A stretch of 64,000 nucleotides of DNA from an uncultured Alphaproteobacteria bacterium (GCA_937126915.1 CAKZLM010000083.1:1185-65184), one strand, 5' to 3'. Shown: positions 1 through 10,121, counted from the stretch's first letter. Made by a program: numbers and translations. Notes: generated by a model not told the origin, from the letters alone.

Positions 1-152
1 ATTTCGCCACTTTCATCAGTCGCATCCGCAAGGACGAAACCGTTGAACATGGCCTAAACATGTGGGTGGTGTCTGATAACTTGCGCAAAGGCGCAGCCCT
101 AAACGCCGTCCAAATCGCCGAAACCCTGATCAATAAGCATTTGAGCCAATAA
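1..152 (+). CDS. asd: aspartate-semialdehyde dehydrogenase, C-terminal fragment (5' part lies outside the window)
   Basis: An open frame (phase starts at nt 3) enters from the left edge and ends at TAA 150-152. The tail ...[31 protein letters not shown] matches the conserved Asd C-terminus (SDNL.KGAA.N.VQIAE). Confidence 0.7.
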   Translation, partial: FATFISRIRKDETVEHGLNMWVVSDNLRKGAALNAVQIAETLINKHLSQ

Positions 153-188
153 AACCTAAATAAATTTATCAGCTTTGGGGAGAGAGCT

Positions 189-1067
189 ATGACTGAATTT
201 GTGCCGTTGAAATCTGTTTTGTTTATGCCGGGAAGTAATCCACGGACCTTGGAAAAGGCGTTGGATTTGGCGGCAGATGCCGTGGTATTCGACCTAGAAG
301 ATGCTACAGCGCCAGACAAAAAAGATGAGGCGCGTGAACTGGTTCAGGTTTTTTTTGCTGATAAGCCTGCTGAGGTGACCGCGGCGTCCAAGCAGTTTGT
401 CATTCGCGTCAATGGTTTTTCTAGCCAGTGGCAGCAGCGGGATGTGGCGGCCCTTAAAGGCTTACCTATTTATGCGGTTATATTCCCCAAGGTTGAAAGC
501 GTTCAGCACATAGAACAAGCCCTTGCCATGTTAGACGAGGCGGGTGTTGAGACATCGGTCCAACTATGGGCGATGATTGAAACCCCGATGGCAATTTTAA
601 AGGTTGATGATATTGCCGAAAAACTATCGCAATCTCACCGTGAGGGAGGGTTGTTACTGGGAGGTAATGACTTGTCGGCTGAAATGAATGTGCCCCATAT
701 TCCTGGGCGCGGAAACCTGCTTTATGCCGCATCACGCACCGTTATGGCCGCCAAGGCCTACGGCTTAACCGTCTTAGACGTGGTTTATAATGACCTTGAG
801 AATGAACACGGCTACGCAGCGGACGCGCAATTGGGTGTTATTTTGGGGTTTGATGGCAAATGTTTGATCCATCCTAAGCAAATTGATCTTGCCAATCAAA
901 TGTGGACGCCAACCCCTGATCAGGTTGAAGACGCCAAGCAATTAATTGCCACTTTCGAAGCCGCCAAGGCTGAGGGTAAGGGCGTCGTCACCCACAAAGG
1001 CAAGATGATTGAAGAATTGCACGTGAGAACCGCCCAAAAGCTTCTTATTATGGCCGGTGAGGGCTGA
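189..1067 (+). CDS. HpcH/HpaI aldolase / citrate-lyase beta (CitE)-like acyl-CoA lyase
   Basis: 292-aa ORF. The N-terminus LFMPGSNPRTLEKA..DAVVFDLEDA and the later WAMIETP segment are typical of the CitE/malyl-CoA lyase fold family. Confidence 0.75.
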   Translation: MTEFVPLKSVLFMPGSNPRTLEKALDLAADAVVFDLEDATAPDKKDEARELVQVFFADKPAEVTAASKQFVIRVNGFSSQWQQRDVAALKGLPIYAVIFPKVESVQHIEQALAMLDEAGVETSVQLWAMIETPMAILKVDDIAEKLSQSHREGGLLLGGNDLSAEMNVPHIPGRGNLLYAASRTVMAAKAYGLTVLDVVYNDLENEHGYAADAQLGVILGFDGKCLIHPKQIDLANQMWTPTPDQVEDAKQLIATFEAAKAEGKGVVTHKGKMIEELHVRTAQKLLIMAGEG

Positions 1068-1310
1068 TAGGGGTTCTATCAAGCTTTCATATTCCTCTAG
1101 TGATACCGACAAGCCACTAACAAACACCGACGGCCTTGCTTGTTAATCCTGATGCTGATGGTGCCTTAGGGGGTATGATGCCTTGGGCTGAGAACAGCTT
1201 GGTGCTGGGGGCCTTATGTTTATTTAGGTTTGAGGTGATCTTGGTTGAGCATTTTCAATTTAGGAATGATGGTGTCTTCTTGGCCAAAGTTCCGTAACAT
1301 CTAACCCATA

Positions 1311-1350
1311 AAAAAAGCTCGGATCATTGTGAGATCCGAGCTTTATTATT
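1311..1350. terminator. bidirectional intrinsic terminator between the convergent citE-like gene and atpF
   Basis: A 10-bp perfect stem AGCTCGGATC (1316-1325) / GATCCGAGCT (1333-1342) has a 7-nt loop. It is flanked by an A-run upstream and TTATTATTTT downstream. Confidence 0.7.
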
Positions 1351-1370
1351 TTGTTCTATTATAGAGAAAC

Positions 1371-1865
1371 CTAGTGAAGGCTGTCTTTCAAACCACTGAT
1401 ACCGTCATCAACAAGTTTGTTTTTGTCTTTAGCAGCCAAGTCTTGATCAATGATCTGACGGGCAGCATTAACAGCAACTTCAACCGCAGCCGCAGAGATT
1501 TCTTTCACCGCGTTGGTTTCCAACTGGGCGATTTTCTCTTCCGCCGCTTTTTGATGGCGCTCAAGTAGAGCATCCATGCTAGCGATTGCTTCTTTTTGAT
1601 AATGGTCAGCTTCTTCTTTCGCTTGCGCAATCATCGCATCAGCTTCTTTTTGAGCATCGCGAGACTTACGTTGGAATTGAGCAAGCAAAGACTGGGCATC
1701 TTCTTTCAACTGACGGGCTTCTTCAATCTCTGCTTTAATTTTATCAGAACGCTCATCAAGAGACTTTCCGATCATAGCAGGCACGCGCTTCCAAATAATG
1801 AGAGCAACGAAGATAACGAATGAAAGACCAACAACCAAGGTAGTATTGTTCAAAAATGCGTCCAT
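1371..1865 (-). CDS. atpF: F0F1 ATP synthase subunit b
   Basis: 164 aa with one N-terminal TM helix followed by a long Ala/Glu/Lys/Gln-rich helix. It is the last gene of the atpI-B-E-F'-F row, and its start overlaps the upstream stop (TAATG). Confidence 0.9.
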   Translation of the reverse strand: MDAFLNNTTLVVGLSFVIFVALIIWKRVPAMIGKSLDERSDKIKAEIEEARQLKEDAQSLLAQFQRKSRDAQKEADAMIAQAKEEADHYQKEAIASMDALLERHQKAAEEKIAQLETNAVKEISAAAVEVAVNAARQIIDQDLAAKDKNKLVDDGISGLKDSLH

Positions 1866-2368
1866 TATGCATCCTTCCCTGATTGTGCAGTCAGTTGAGC
1901 TTTAACAGCTTTCTTGGCAGCAGCAGCATCAACCTCAACGCCGGCAACTTTACCGACGATGGCTTGACATGCTTCAACAGCGATGCTTTCCAATTCAACC
2001 ATGGCATCAGCCTTGGCTTTGGCAACAGCATCTTCTGCCGCAGAAATACGCTTGGCAATATCAGCATCAGCCTTAGCACGGCGATCTTCCAAAGAAGATT
2101 TCATGGTTTCACGAACTTCCTTGATGGATTGGCTAGCACTGGCTTTTGCGTCAGCAAGTGTTTTCTCATAAGCGGCTTCAAGCTCAACACCTTCTTCACG
2201 AAGTTTGGCAGCTTGATCCAGATCGCTGGTGATGCGTTCTTCGCGCTCTTCTAAAACTTCTGCCACTTTCGGCAAGCCACGTTTGGCCATGAAGAAATAA
2301 AGAACAGCAAAGGTCACAAACAACCAGAAAATCTGGTAGCCAAAAGTGGATATATCTATCTGCGGCAT
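1865..2368 (-). CDS. atpF2: F0F1 ATP synthase subunit b'
   Basis: 167 aa with the same architecture (N-terminal TM helix plus charged helix). It lies directly after the subunit c gene; a second b-type subunit is characteristic of alphaproteobacteria. Confidence 0.85.
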   Translation of the reverse strand: MPQIDISTFGYQIFWLFVTFAVLYFFMAKRGLPKVAEVLEEREERITSDLDQAAKLREEGVELEAAYEKTLADAKASASQSIKEVRETMKSSLEDRRAKADADIAKRISAAEDAVAKAKADAMVELESIAVEACQAIVGKVAGVEVDAAAAKKAVKAQLTAQSGKDA

Positions 2369-2424
2369 ACCGTCATTGGGCGGTTTTTACACCGCCCACC
2401 TCTGTTGATTGGACTTAACTTGGA

Positions 2425-2649
2425 TTAGGCGAACAAGATCATGAAAGCGATTACTAGACCGAATAGACCAGTTGCTTCCACAAGTGCGAAGCCCAATAGT
2501 GCACGGCCCCACTGGGCGTCAGCAGCAGAAGGATTACGCAATGCACCTGCCAAGAAGTTGGCAAAGATGTTACCGATACCGATACCGGCACCGATTAATG
2601 CGAAACAGGCTAAACCAGCACCAATAAATTTTGCAGCTTCAGGAGTCAT
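2425..2649 (-). CDS. atpE: F0F1 ATP synthase subunit c
   Basis: 74-aa hairpin proteolipid with a Gly-rich helix 1 (GAGIGIGNIF), the RNP loop, and the carboxylate in helix 2 (LVEATGLF). Confidence 0.95.
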   Translation of the reverse strand: MTPEAAKFIGAGLACFALIGAGIGIGNIFANFLAGALRNPSAADAQWGRALLGFALVEATGLFGLVIAFMILFA

Positions 2650-2700
2650 ATCAATTTCCTCTATAACGTAACGTTTGATCCAAAGATCGATTAAAAAATT

Positions 2701-3435
2701 CTAGTGGTCGACGTGGTAGGTATCGTTCAAGTAAATGCATGAAAGCATTGAGAACACATAGGCTTGAAGCACGGCAACCAAAAACTCCAAACCAGTGAGA
2801 GCTACGTTGAACAATACTGGGAAAAACCAGACAGGGCCCAACATAACAGCAAAGCTAGCAATTACCTTCAACATAATGTGACCTGCTGTCATGTTTGCGA
2901 ACAAACGAACAGACAAGCTAATAGGACGTGTTAGGTAAGAGATAACTTCAATAAGTATTAAGAACGGCGCCATGGCCATTGGAATGCCAGAAGGCATAAA
3001 CAATTTAAGGTAACCAAGACCGTTGCGCATAAATCCGAAGATCGTAATGCCGATAAAGACAAACGCTGCCAAGGCAAAGGTTACAGCAATGTGGCTAGTG
3101 GCGGTAAAGCTGCCCGGAATCATGCCTGAAATATTTACAAACAGGATGAACATGAACAGCGTGAAAACAAAGGGGAAGAACTTGCGGGCTTCGGGGCCAA
3201 CGGCCTCGTTCAGCATTTTAGCAATAAATTCATAAGCCATTTCAACCATCGACTGCCAACGACCAGGAACGATGCTGGCTTTGCTCATGCCACCTAAGAC
3301 AAAGATGGTACAGGCGATGACGGCGATTGACATCCAAAGTGAAGAGTTGGTGAAAGAAATATCGAATCCAGCCAATTCTAAATCAAAGATTTTCTTAATC
3401 TCAAATTGCTCAAGCGGACTTTGCTGTTCAGCCAC
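2701..3435 (-). CDS. atpB: F0F1 ATP synthase subunit a
   Basis: 244-aa polytopic membrane protein with the conserved SLSVRLFANMTAGH motif (essential Arg). Confidence 0.95.
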   Translation of the reverse strand: MAEQQSPLEQFEIKKIFDLELAGFDISFTNSSLWMSIAVIACTIFVLGGMSKASIVPGRWQSMVEMAYEFIAKMLNEAVGPEARKFFPFVFTLFMFILFVNISGMIPGSFTATSHIAVTFALAAFVFIGITIFGFMRNGLGYLKLFMPSGIPMAMAPFLILIEVISYLTRPISLSVRLFANMTAGHIMLKVIASFAVMLGPVWFFPVLFNVALTGLEFLVAVLQAYVFSMLSCIYLNDTYHVDH

Positions 3436-3562
3436 GGGCTTACCCTCAATTTTTAAGGACAGAAATCGTCATAATTTCCGTCAGGAATTCCACAGTTGTG
3501 ACCCATTTAATGCAAAAATGATCAAACCGCAAGCCATATAGTCACTATATTGACCAATGCAG

Positions 3563-3898
3563 TCATTTTTCTTCTTTGCTGTCCTTATTTGCAGCCGTCG
3601 TGGTCATCCTTGACGCCGTCCGCAGGACATTTTTAAATCCAGCCGCCATTCCGAATAAGATCATGACTAACATTAGCCACGGTTTGGTTTCGAAATATTG
3701 ATCAAGCCAATGTCCGATATAGCCACTTACCGCAACTGCAACAACCAATTCCATTGCCATACGATAAGCCATGCCAGCAGCATTATTAGCCTGTTCTTTC
3801 GGCCGCTTTTCATCCTGTACTTTTTGGGCTTTAGACAGGCGTTGATCAAATTTATCAAGTTTTTCTTGATTTTGATCAGAATCATTGTTCGATCGCAT
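3563..3898 (-). CDS. atpI: ATP synthase protein I (AtpI/AtpZ-like)
   Basis: 111 aa with a charged N-terminus and two hydrophobic helices. It is the first gene of the F0 operon, immediately upstream of atpB. Confidence 0.7.
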   Translation of the reverse strand: MRSNNDSDQNQEKLDKFDQRLSKAQKVQDEKRPKEQANNAAGMAYRMAMELVVAVAVSGYIGHWLDQYFETKPWLMLVMILFGMAAGFKNVLRTASRMTTTAANKDSKEEK

Positions 3899-3915
3899 GT
3901 CTTACTTTCCCTTTC

Positions 3916-3941
3916 AAAAACCGCTGAATTCAGCGATTTTT
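3916..3941 (-). terminator. palindromic hairpin with U-tract, a candidate smc terminator located in the atp leader
   Basis: Perfect palindrome CGCTGAATTCAGCG (3922-3935). On the minus strand it is followed by GTTTTTG. It lies between the smc stop (4082) and the atpI start (3898). Confidence 0.45.
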
Positions 3942-3972
3942 AACTTAAAAGTCAGCCTGAAAAGGCGCCTGC

Positions 3973-4001
3973 AACATAGTGATGGCACCCCCGCTTGTCA
4001 A
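3973..4001 (-). promoter_or_regulatory. sigma70-like promoter candidate for the atp F0 operon
   Basis: The minus strand reads TTGACA (3996-4001), a 17-nt spacer, then TATGTT (3973-3978), about 75 nt upstream of the atpI ATG. Confidence 0.35.
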
Positions 4002-4081
4002 GCTTGAATAATAAAATTATAACCCCTTGTAATATAATAACATTTCAAGAGCGATAACAACAGACCATAAGGCTTCATCGC

Positions 4082-7000
4082 TTAACTTGCTGCTTGGAGA
4101 TTCTCTGCTGCCTCAAGGTCCACAGACACCAATTGCGACACACCGCGCTCTGCCATGGTCACACCAAACAAGCGGTCCATGCGGCTCATTGTGACGGCAT
4201 TATGGGTTACAATTAAAAAGCGGGTTTCGGTTAAATCAATCATTTGATCAAGCAAATTACAAAAGCGTTCCACATTGGCATCATCTAAAGGCGCGTCAAC
4301 CTCATCCAGCACACAAATGGGTGCGGGGTTGGTCATGAACACTGCGAAGATAAGGCTAAGCGCGGTTAAGGCTTGCTCTCCGCCTGATAAAAGCCCTAGG
4401 TTTTGCAGGCGTTTACCGGGTGGCGATGCCATAATCTCTAACCCAGCTTCTAAAGGATCATCCGATTCGACCAGTTCCAAATGGGCTTGCCCGCCGCCAA
4501 AAAGTCGTGTGAAAAGGTCTGAGAAATGCTCATTCACTTCTTCAAAAGCTTTCAGCATGCGCTCGCGCCCCTCACGGTTTAGGCCATTAATGCCTTGGCG
4601 CAGGCGACCAATGGCCTCTTCAAGGTCGGTTTTTTCATCAATCAGGTGATTAAGTTGGCCGCTTACTTCTTCTAATTCAGTATCTGCGCGCAGGTTCACC
4701 GCCCCCAAACGTTCACGTTCAGATTTAAGGCGCTCTAACTTGCCATCGATGCTTTCTTGGTCAGGAAGGCTGTCTGGGTCGCTAATTTCAACCTTTTCTA
4801 GGACGTGGCTTGGCGGACATTCAAATTTTTCACCGATCAGTATGGCCAATTCTTGTTTGCGGCTTTTATGGTTTTCCATCACACCTTCAAAGCGCACACG
4901 CTCTTCGCGCTTGTCAGTCATTTGTGATTGGACGCTGCGTAATTCAGCGGTTTTTTCTGAAACCAGTTTTTCTGCCGCGGCTAGTTTGTCGGCGGCTAGT
5001 TTGCGGGTCGCTTGTGACTTTTCAACCTGCTCGATCAAGGCTTTTCGGCGATTTTGCATTTCTTCTGGGTCAAGCTTAAGGCCGTTTAGCTGTTTTTCGG
5101 TTTCGCTATAACGTTCATCCAATAAGGAGAGTTGGCTATTGGCGCGTGATAGGCGGGATTGCCATGCTTCACGTTCTTTAGCGATGTTTTGGAGGCGCTG
5201 ATCTCGCTCGCCGCGCATGCGAATCAGGGCATCAAAATCAGCGCGCTTTTCTGCCAAGGTGGCGCGGGCCGCTTCCATGGCTTGGCGGGCGGCATCCAAT
5301 TTTTCACCCTGTGTGCCAACCTCAGGATGGTCTGCGACCTTTTCTTTTAGTGTCTCTTGCTGTTGGATTGCTTCTTCCAGATCGTTTTGGCAGCGGGTGT
5401 CCGCTTCTTTTAAAGCAGCAATGCGTTGGCTGCGCTCTTGGCTGTCTTTTTCTGCTTTTTGATAATCAGACCGTGCCGAGCCTATTTCACGTTCAGCGGT
5501 GCCGCGCACCGATCGCGCTTGCTTTTCTTCCTCATTAGCAGCGGCAAATTGAGTGACGGCAAGCTGATAGGCTTCTTCGGCCTTGTCAATTTGCTTTTGA
5601 GCATTTTCTTGATCGTTGGTTAATTCTTTCAAGCGATTGCGTTGTTGCAGGCGAATGGCCGCTGCAGTTGGTGCCTTGGCACTGCGCACAAAGCCATCCC
5701 AGCGCCAAAAAGCACCATCCTTGGTGACCAAGCGCTGGCCGGGTTTTAGGTCCTGCATCAGCTGATGGCCTATGTCTTCGCTTTCGACCACGCCAATTTG
5801 ATCCAGCCTGCGCTTAAGGGTGGATGGCGCTTTAACATAATCACTTAAAGGTGCGATGCCTTCAGGCAGGGTGGTTTGATCCTCATAATCAGGCAGGCTG
5901 TGCCAATATTCATCATTGTCACTGTTGGTCGACGCCTCAAGATCATCACCAAGGGCCGCACCCAGCGCTTTTTCAAACCCTAACTGTACTGTTAGATCAT
6001 CGACAATGGCGCTGGTGGCTTTTTTGCGCCCCATGGACAGCAATTTATCCAAACCACTAATCTCAGCATTAATTTCAGAAAGAACATTCTGGTTCTCGCT
6101 AAGGGTGGCTTTTGCTTGATCGCGCACCTCATTGGCGTTTAGGCGTTTTTGCTCGCAATCGCGCACCAATTGGCGGGTTTTTTCTAATTCTTCTTCCGCC
6201 AATGCCATGCGTTCTTCGGCCTGTTTTAGGGCCGCAACCCCGGGGTCATTTTCAGTTAAATCATGTAACTCACTATGAATACGTTGTTTTTCGCCAGATA
6301 AACGCTCAACCCTGCGGGTTATGCTGTCTAGTTCATTTTGCAGGCTTTCTCGCTTGGCCCGAATGGCGGCAATATCACGCGATAGGGCATCATAGCGGGT
6401 TTCTGCCTCGTTTGCTGCTTTATGGGCCTGTTGCATGCGGTCGCCAGCGGCTTTTTCTTGTTCTTTCGATTTGTCTTTATCGGCTTCAATAGCCTGTAAT
6501 TCTTCATCCAAACGTTTAAAGGCGGCATTGGCATCGCCTTGATTTTCAGCTTCACGGGCCTTGTCCGCCTGAATTTGCTGTAAGCGATCGCGCAATTCTT
6601 GTTGGGTGTTTTTTAGGCGGGCTTCTTCGGCGTCAATATTTTCACGGGCCACTTGCAGGCGGTGCAGGGCGGCGGCGGCTTCAGCTTCGGTTTGGCGTAA
6701 TTGTGGCAGTTTCTCTGCCAATTCAGCCTCTTCTCGGGTCAGCTCAGAAACCCGTTTGGTTAGATCAGCCACAATGCTGTGCGATTGATTGAAAAGCTTT
6801 TCGGTTTCCATCACCGCCTCATCAGCGGTGCGCCAACGCAGATATAGCTGGATCGCTTCTGCGCGACGAATGTCTCCAGAAATGTTACGATAACGCGTGG
6901 CTTGGCGGGCTTGGCGTTTTAGGGACGATAATTGATTTTCCAGTTGCGCCATCACATCATGTAAACGCAGTAGATTGTTTTCAGCAGCACGTAATCGGCT

Positions 7001-7543
7001 TTCAGCCTCTTTACGACGGCTGTGAAGGCCTGAAATGCCTGCCGCTTCCTCCAAAATTTGACGACGTTGAATGGGTTTGGCGTTAATGATGGTACCAATA
7101 CGACCTTGGCTGACAAGGGCGGGTGAGTGCGCCCCGGTTGCGGCATCGGCAAATAATAACTGAATGTCTTTGGCACGCACATCCTTGCCATTTAGGCGGT
7201 AGGCTGAACCTGATTCGCGCTCAATTCGGCGAGATACTTCCAATTCATCAGAATCATTTAATTCAGCCGGTGCAGTACGGTTACTATTATCAAGGGTGAG
7301 GGTTACATCAGCTAAATTACGCGCGGGTCGTTTTGAGGTGCCGGCAAAAATAACATCATCCATGCCTGATCCCCGCAGTGACTTGGCGCGGTTCTCGCCC
7401 ATCACCCAGCGGATGGCCTCTAGCAAGTTAGATTTACCACAACCATTGGGGCCAACCACGCCTGTCAGGCCGCGCTCAATATGCAGCTCGGTCGGATCGA
7501 CAAAAGATTTGAAGCCACTTAGGCGTATGCGTTTAAATTGCAT
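4082..7543 (-). CDS. smc: chromosome segregation protein SMC
   Basis: 1153 aa. It has the N-terminal Walker A GPNGCGKSN, very long coiled coils around a hinge, the C-terminal signature LSGGEQ and Walker B CVLDEVDAPLD. Confidence 0.95.
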   Translation of the reverse strand: MQFKRIRLSGFKSFVDPTELHIERGLTGVVGPNGCGKSNLLEAIRWVMGENRAKSLRGSGMDDVIFAGTSKRPARNLADVTLTLDNSNRTAPAELNDSDELEVSRRIERESGSAYRLNGKDVRAKDIQLLFADAATGAHSPALVSQGRIGTIINAKPIQRRQILEEAAGISGLHSRRKEAESRLRAAENNLLRLHDVMAQLENQLSSLKRQARQATRYRNISGDIRRAEAIQLYLRWRTADEAVMETEKLFNQSHSIVADLTKRVSELTREEAELAEKLPQLRQTEAEAAAALHRLQVARENIDAEEARLKNTQQELRDRLQQIQADKAREAENQGDANAAFKRLDEELQAIEADKDKSKEQEKAAGDRMQQAHKAANEAETRYDALSRDIAAIRAKRESLQNELDSITRRVERLSGEKQRIHSELHDLTENDPGVAALKQAEERMALAEEELEKTRQLVRDCEQKRLNANEVRDQAKATLSENQNVLSEINAEISGLDKLLSMGRKKATSAIVDDLTVQLGFEKALGAALGDDLEASTNSDNDEYWHSLPDYEDQTTLPEGIAPLSDYVKAPSTLKRRLDQIGVVESEDIGHQLMQDLKPGQRLVTKDGAFWRWDGFVRSAKAPTAAAIRLQQRNRLKELTNDQENAQKQIDKAEEAYQLAVTQFAAANEEEKQARSVRGTAEREIGSARSDYQKAEKDSQERSQRIAALKEADTRCQNDLEEAIQQQETLKEKVADHPEVGTQGEKLDAARQAMEAARATLAEKRADFDALIRMRGERDQRLQNIAKEREAWQSRLSRANSQLSLLDERYSETEKQLNGLKLDPEEMQNRRKALIEQVEKSQATRKLAADKLAAAEKLVSEKTAELRSVQSQMTDKREERVRFEGVMENHKSRKQELAILIGEKFECPPSHVLEKVEISDPDSLPDQESIDGKLERLKSERERLGAVNLRADTELEEVSGQLNHLIDEKTDLEEAIGRLRQGINGLNREGRERMLKAFEEVNEHFSDLFTRLFGGGQAHLELVESDDPLEAGLEIMASPPGKRLQNLGLLSGGEQALTALSLIFAVFMTNPAPICVLDEVDAPLDDANVERFCNLLDQMIDLTETRFLIVTHNAVTMSRMDRLFGVTMAERGVSQLVSVDLEAAENLQAAS

Positions 7544-7848
7544 ATCCAGTTTTACCCCATGTTTTTTTGCTAGCCAGTTTGACTTTCGGGGTTTTGAGGA
7601 ATAAAGCTCTTCCTCACCCTAAAAAAATCAAGATCATCAGGCTTTAAATTTGATGGTGCCCAATGGTGATTGGCTAACGCCCCATTTGTGCAGATTGTCA
7701 ATTATTAGTGTGATTAAAACAACCAAACACAATATGTAGTATGTGTGCAGTTTCAAAAACTTGCTAGTGGAAATTCTAGTTATCCACAGCTTTTTGCGAT
7801 TTAAGCCTGAATTTGGGGATAATTTAGGGCGTTTTTGCGGCTTAAACG

Positions 7849-7882
7849 AAAAAAGGCACGATCAAATTCATGATTGTGCCTT
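7849..7882 (-). terminator. intrinsic terminator after the dsbA-like gene
   Basis: A 12-bp stem AAGGCACGATCA (7853-7864) / TGATTGTGCCTT (7871-7882) contains one G.U pair. On the minus strand it is followed by a T6 run. Confidence 0.65.
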
Positions 7883-7961
7883 CTTAAAGGTATGTTTTTG
7901 GGTTTGAAGCGAATCGCTAAGATCTATGTAAAAGTGCTTAAGCTTAACCCTTGTTCACTGC

Positions 7962-8624
7962 TTATTTAGCGTCTTCGATGGCTTCGATTAGGTCGCTGGC
8001 TTCACGAACCTCGTCAACCTTGTCGCCATTAACAAAGAAGGTTGGGGTACCGGTAACACCTGCACGGGTTGCTTCGCCGGTCATTTCAATTAGAGCATTT
8101 TGCAAGGCTGTGTTGCTCATACAGGCATCAAAGCCAGCTTTGTTAAGACCTGCTAAACGCGCGGTTTTGGTCAGTTCGTTTTGCGGATCACGCACCCAAA
8201 CATTTTGGGTTTTAAATAAAGCGCTTAACATGGCAGGGGCACGGTTTGAGCCTGTGCAACGCACCAATTTAGACGCGCTTAAATCAATTGCATTGAACAC
8301 AAAGTTTCTGAACACCAGCTTTGCTTCACCAGATTTAATGTATTTTTCTTGAATTTCAGGCCAAATGTTGGTGTGGAAGTTTGCGCAATGCGGGCATGTA
8401 AGCGAAGCATATTCAACAATCTCAATTTCGGCATCTGGGTTACCAATGATCAGGTCACCCATCACCATATTGCCTTCAACATTGGTGCCGGTGAAGTGAT
8501 TAGACCAGTCTTTATCTGCCTGTAGAGGTGCAGCATTCACGGTGCTGGTCGGTAAAAAGCTAGCTGCTGCCAGAGCAAGGGCCCCTGTTAAGGCGGCAAA
8601 AAGGGGTTTTGTTGTTTGTGTCAT
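7962..8624 (-). CDS. DsbA-family periplasmic thiol:disulfide oxidoreductase
   Basis: 220 aa with a Sec signal (..ALALAAASFLPTSTVNA) and the thioredoxin active site CPHC. It is a tandem paralogue of the next gene. Confidence 0.85.
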   Translation of the reverse strand: MTQTTKPLFAALTGALALAAASFLPTSTVNAAPLQADKDWSNHFTGTNVEGNMVMGDLIIGNPDAEIEIVEYASLTCPHCANFHTNIWPEIQEKYIKSGEAKLVFRNFVFNAIDLSASKLVRCTGSNRAPAMLSALFKTQNVWVRDPQNELTKTARLAGLNKAGFDACMSNTALQNALIEMTGEATRAGVTGTPTFFVNGDKVDEVREASDLIEAIEDAK

Positions 8625-8691
8625 ATGTTTTTATTCCTCATCAACGCAATGATCTGTACTTGGGATCTGTATTTGTTCGCATATTTTGCGG

Positions 8692-9384
8692 TTATTGTGT
8701 CATTTTCAGGGCATTCATCAAATCTGAAAGGCCGTGAAAGTCAATTTTTTCGCCATTAATAAAAAAGGTCGGTGTGCCCGTTACGCCTCGGCTATCGGCT
8801 TCTTTTAGGGTTTCCATTAAGTTTTGCTGCAAGGTGCCATTGCTTTGACAACGGTCAAAGGCGGCGCGGCTCATGCCTGCTTCACGGGCGTAATCAACCA
8901 ATTTTGCGGCATTTTGACCGGCCCAAAACTGCTGGTTGGTGAACAAGGTATCCAGCATCACATAGCCTTTATCAGGGCCCATGCAGCGGGCTAATTTCGC
9001 GGCAGCGACATCACTACCATCGCGGACCAAGTTTTTAAGCTGTAAGCGTGCAACGCCTGCCTTGATATAGCTTTCTTTAACGGTGGGAAGCATATTGATG
9101 TGAAAATTAGCACAGTGCCCACAGGTGAGGGAGGCATATTCCTCAATCAACACAGGGGCGTCTGGGTTGCCAATAAGAAAGTCGCCCGTTACGACGCCAT
9201 CTTGGGTTTCAGTTGCCGTGATGGTTTTGGACCAGTCTTGCCCACTGTAGGCGCTGATATGTTCAGGAATGTCAATGGCACCATCATCATGATTGTGGCC
9301 GTCATTGCCGCCTTCTCCACACGCGCTTATGGTTAAAACGCTAAGAGCTATAAAGCTGGGCTTGATCCATTTGCTTAGTTTCAT
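8692..9384 (-). CDS. DsbA-family thiol:disulfide oxidoreductase, lipoprotein
   Basis: 230 aa with lipobox LTISAC and active site CGHC. It is colinear with the 7962-8624 product (..YASLTC.HCANFH.., ..GVTGTPTFF.NG.K..). Confidence 0.85.
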   Translation of the reverse strand: MKLSKWIKPSFIALSVLTISACGEGGNDGHNHDDGAIDIPEHISAYSGQDWSKTITATETQDGVVTGDFLIGNPDAPVLIEEYASLTCGHCANFHINMLPTVKESYIKAGVARLQLKNLVRDGSDVAAAKLARCMGPDKGYVMLDTLFTNQQFWAGQNAAKLVDYAREAGMSRAAFDRCQSNGTLQQNLMETLKEADSRGVTGTPTFFINGEKIDFHGLSDLMNALKMTQ

Positions 9385-9496
9385 AATATGAATTTTTCCC
9401 TAGTTATCTTTATTTGTTTTTCTGAAATTTGAGTTGCACATTAGGGCAGGGCGAAAAACTTGTCAAAATGAATGGCATAAAAAATGTGTGATGGAT

Positions 9497-10012
9497 TTAT
9501 TTTTTCTCATTGGCAAAAACGGCCTTGCCAAGACGCTCTAAGATGGCGCGCATGTCGTCATCTTTGGTGTTGCCTATTAGGGCGGTTAGTTGTTTTTGAT
9601 CATCGTCGTTAAGTACAATGTCTTTTTTGGCTTGTGGCATGCGCTTTTTAAGAAAGGACTGCGGGGTTTGGGAGACCGATATTTTAGCCACAGCTTTATA
9701 ACCAAAAAAACCGTTTATGCGTTCTAGCAATAGCGGTTGAAGGTGCTGCAATTCCAGTGCCCAGCCTGCATCACAAGCAATATAAAGGGTGCCCTTGTTG
9801 CGTTTGCCACGTGGAAATGTTAGGCGCTCTGGCAAGGTGCGCTCAGCCATTGATTGACCGACAATATCACCCCAATGGGTGACAATTTCAGTTTGGGTAA
9901 AGCCCATTTTACGCATATAGCGGCGCGCTTCTTTCGGCACAAGGTCATTTAGGCGCGAGGCGCGCTTGCGCCTATCAAAGGTTACATTTTTATTCTTGGC
10001 GCTTTTTGCCAT
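9497..10012 (-). CDS. DUF721 (DciA-type) protein
   Basis: Basic N-terminus followed by ..IV..WGDIVG......T.PERL......G.L.I.....WA.ELQ......L.ERIN, as in DUF721. I chose the ATG at 10012 (AGGTGA 8 nt upstream) over the GTG at 10024. The gene is divergent from mutY. Confidence 0.6.
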   Translation of the reverse strand: MAKSAKNKNVTFDRRKRASRLNDLVPKEARRYMRKMGFTQTEIVTHWGDIVGQSMAERTLPERLTFPRGKRNKGTLYIACDAGWALELQHLQPLLLERINGFFGYKAVAKISVSQTPQSFLKKRMPQAKKDIVLNDDDQKQLTALIGNTKDDDMRAILERLGKAVFANEKK

Positions 10013-10121
10013 GGTAGCTATCACCTGCGCTATATATCAGCTATGGACATAAAATCATTTTAGAGATTGATGGTGCTTATCAGCAGTTTTCTTTTACCTA
10101 CTTTAAGGTTATAAGCCCTTT

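Noticed and set aside
4275-7604. A dozen plus-strand ORFs of 60-126 aa inside the smc gene.
   Set aside because: All are antisense to a 1153-aa ORF with unambiguous SMC motifs. Their products are Ser/Arg/Ala/Cys-rich low-complexity strings, typical of the reverse frame of a coiled-coil gene.
7780-7788. A perfect DnaA box TTATCCACA upstream of smc.
   Set aside because: It is a single 9-mer, and about 0.5 such hits are expected by chance in 64 kb on both strands. There is no cluster of boxes or AT-rich unwinding element, so this is not an origin. A regulatory role cannot be judged.
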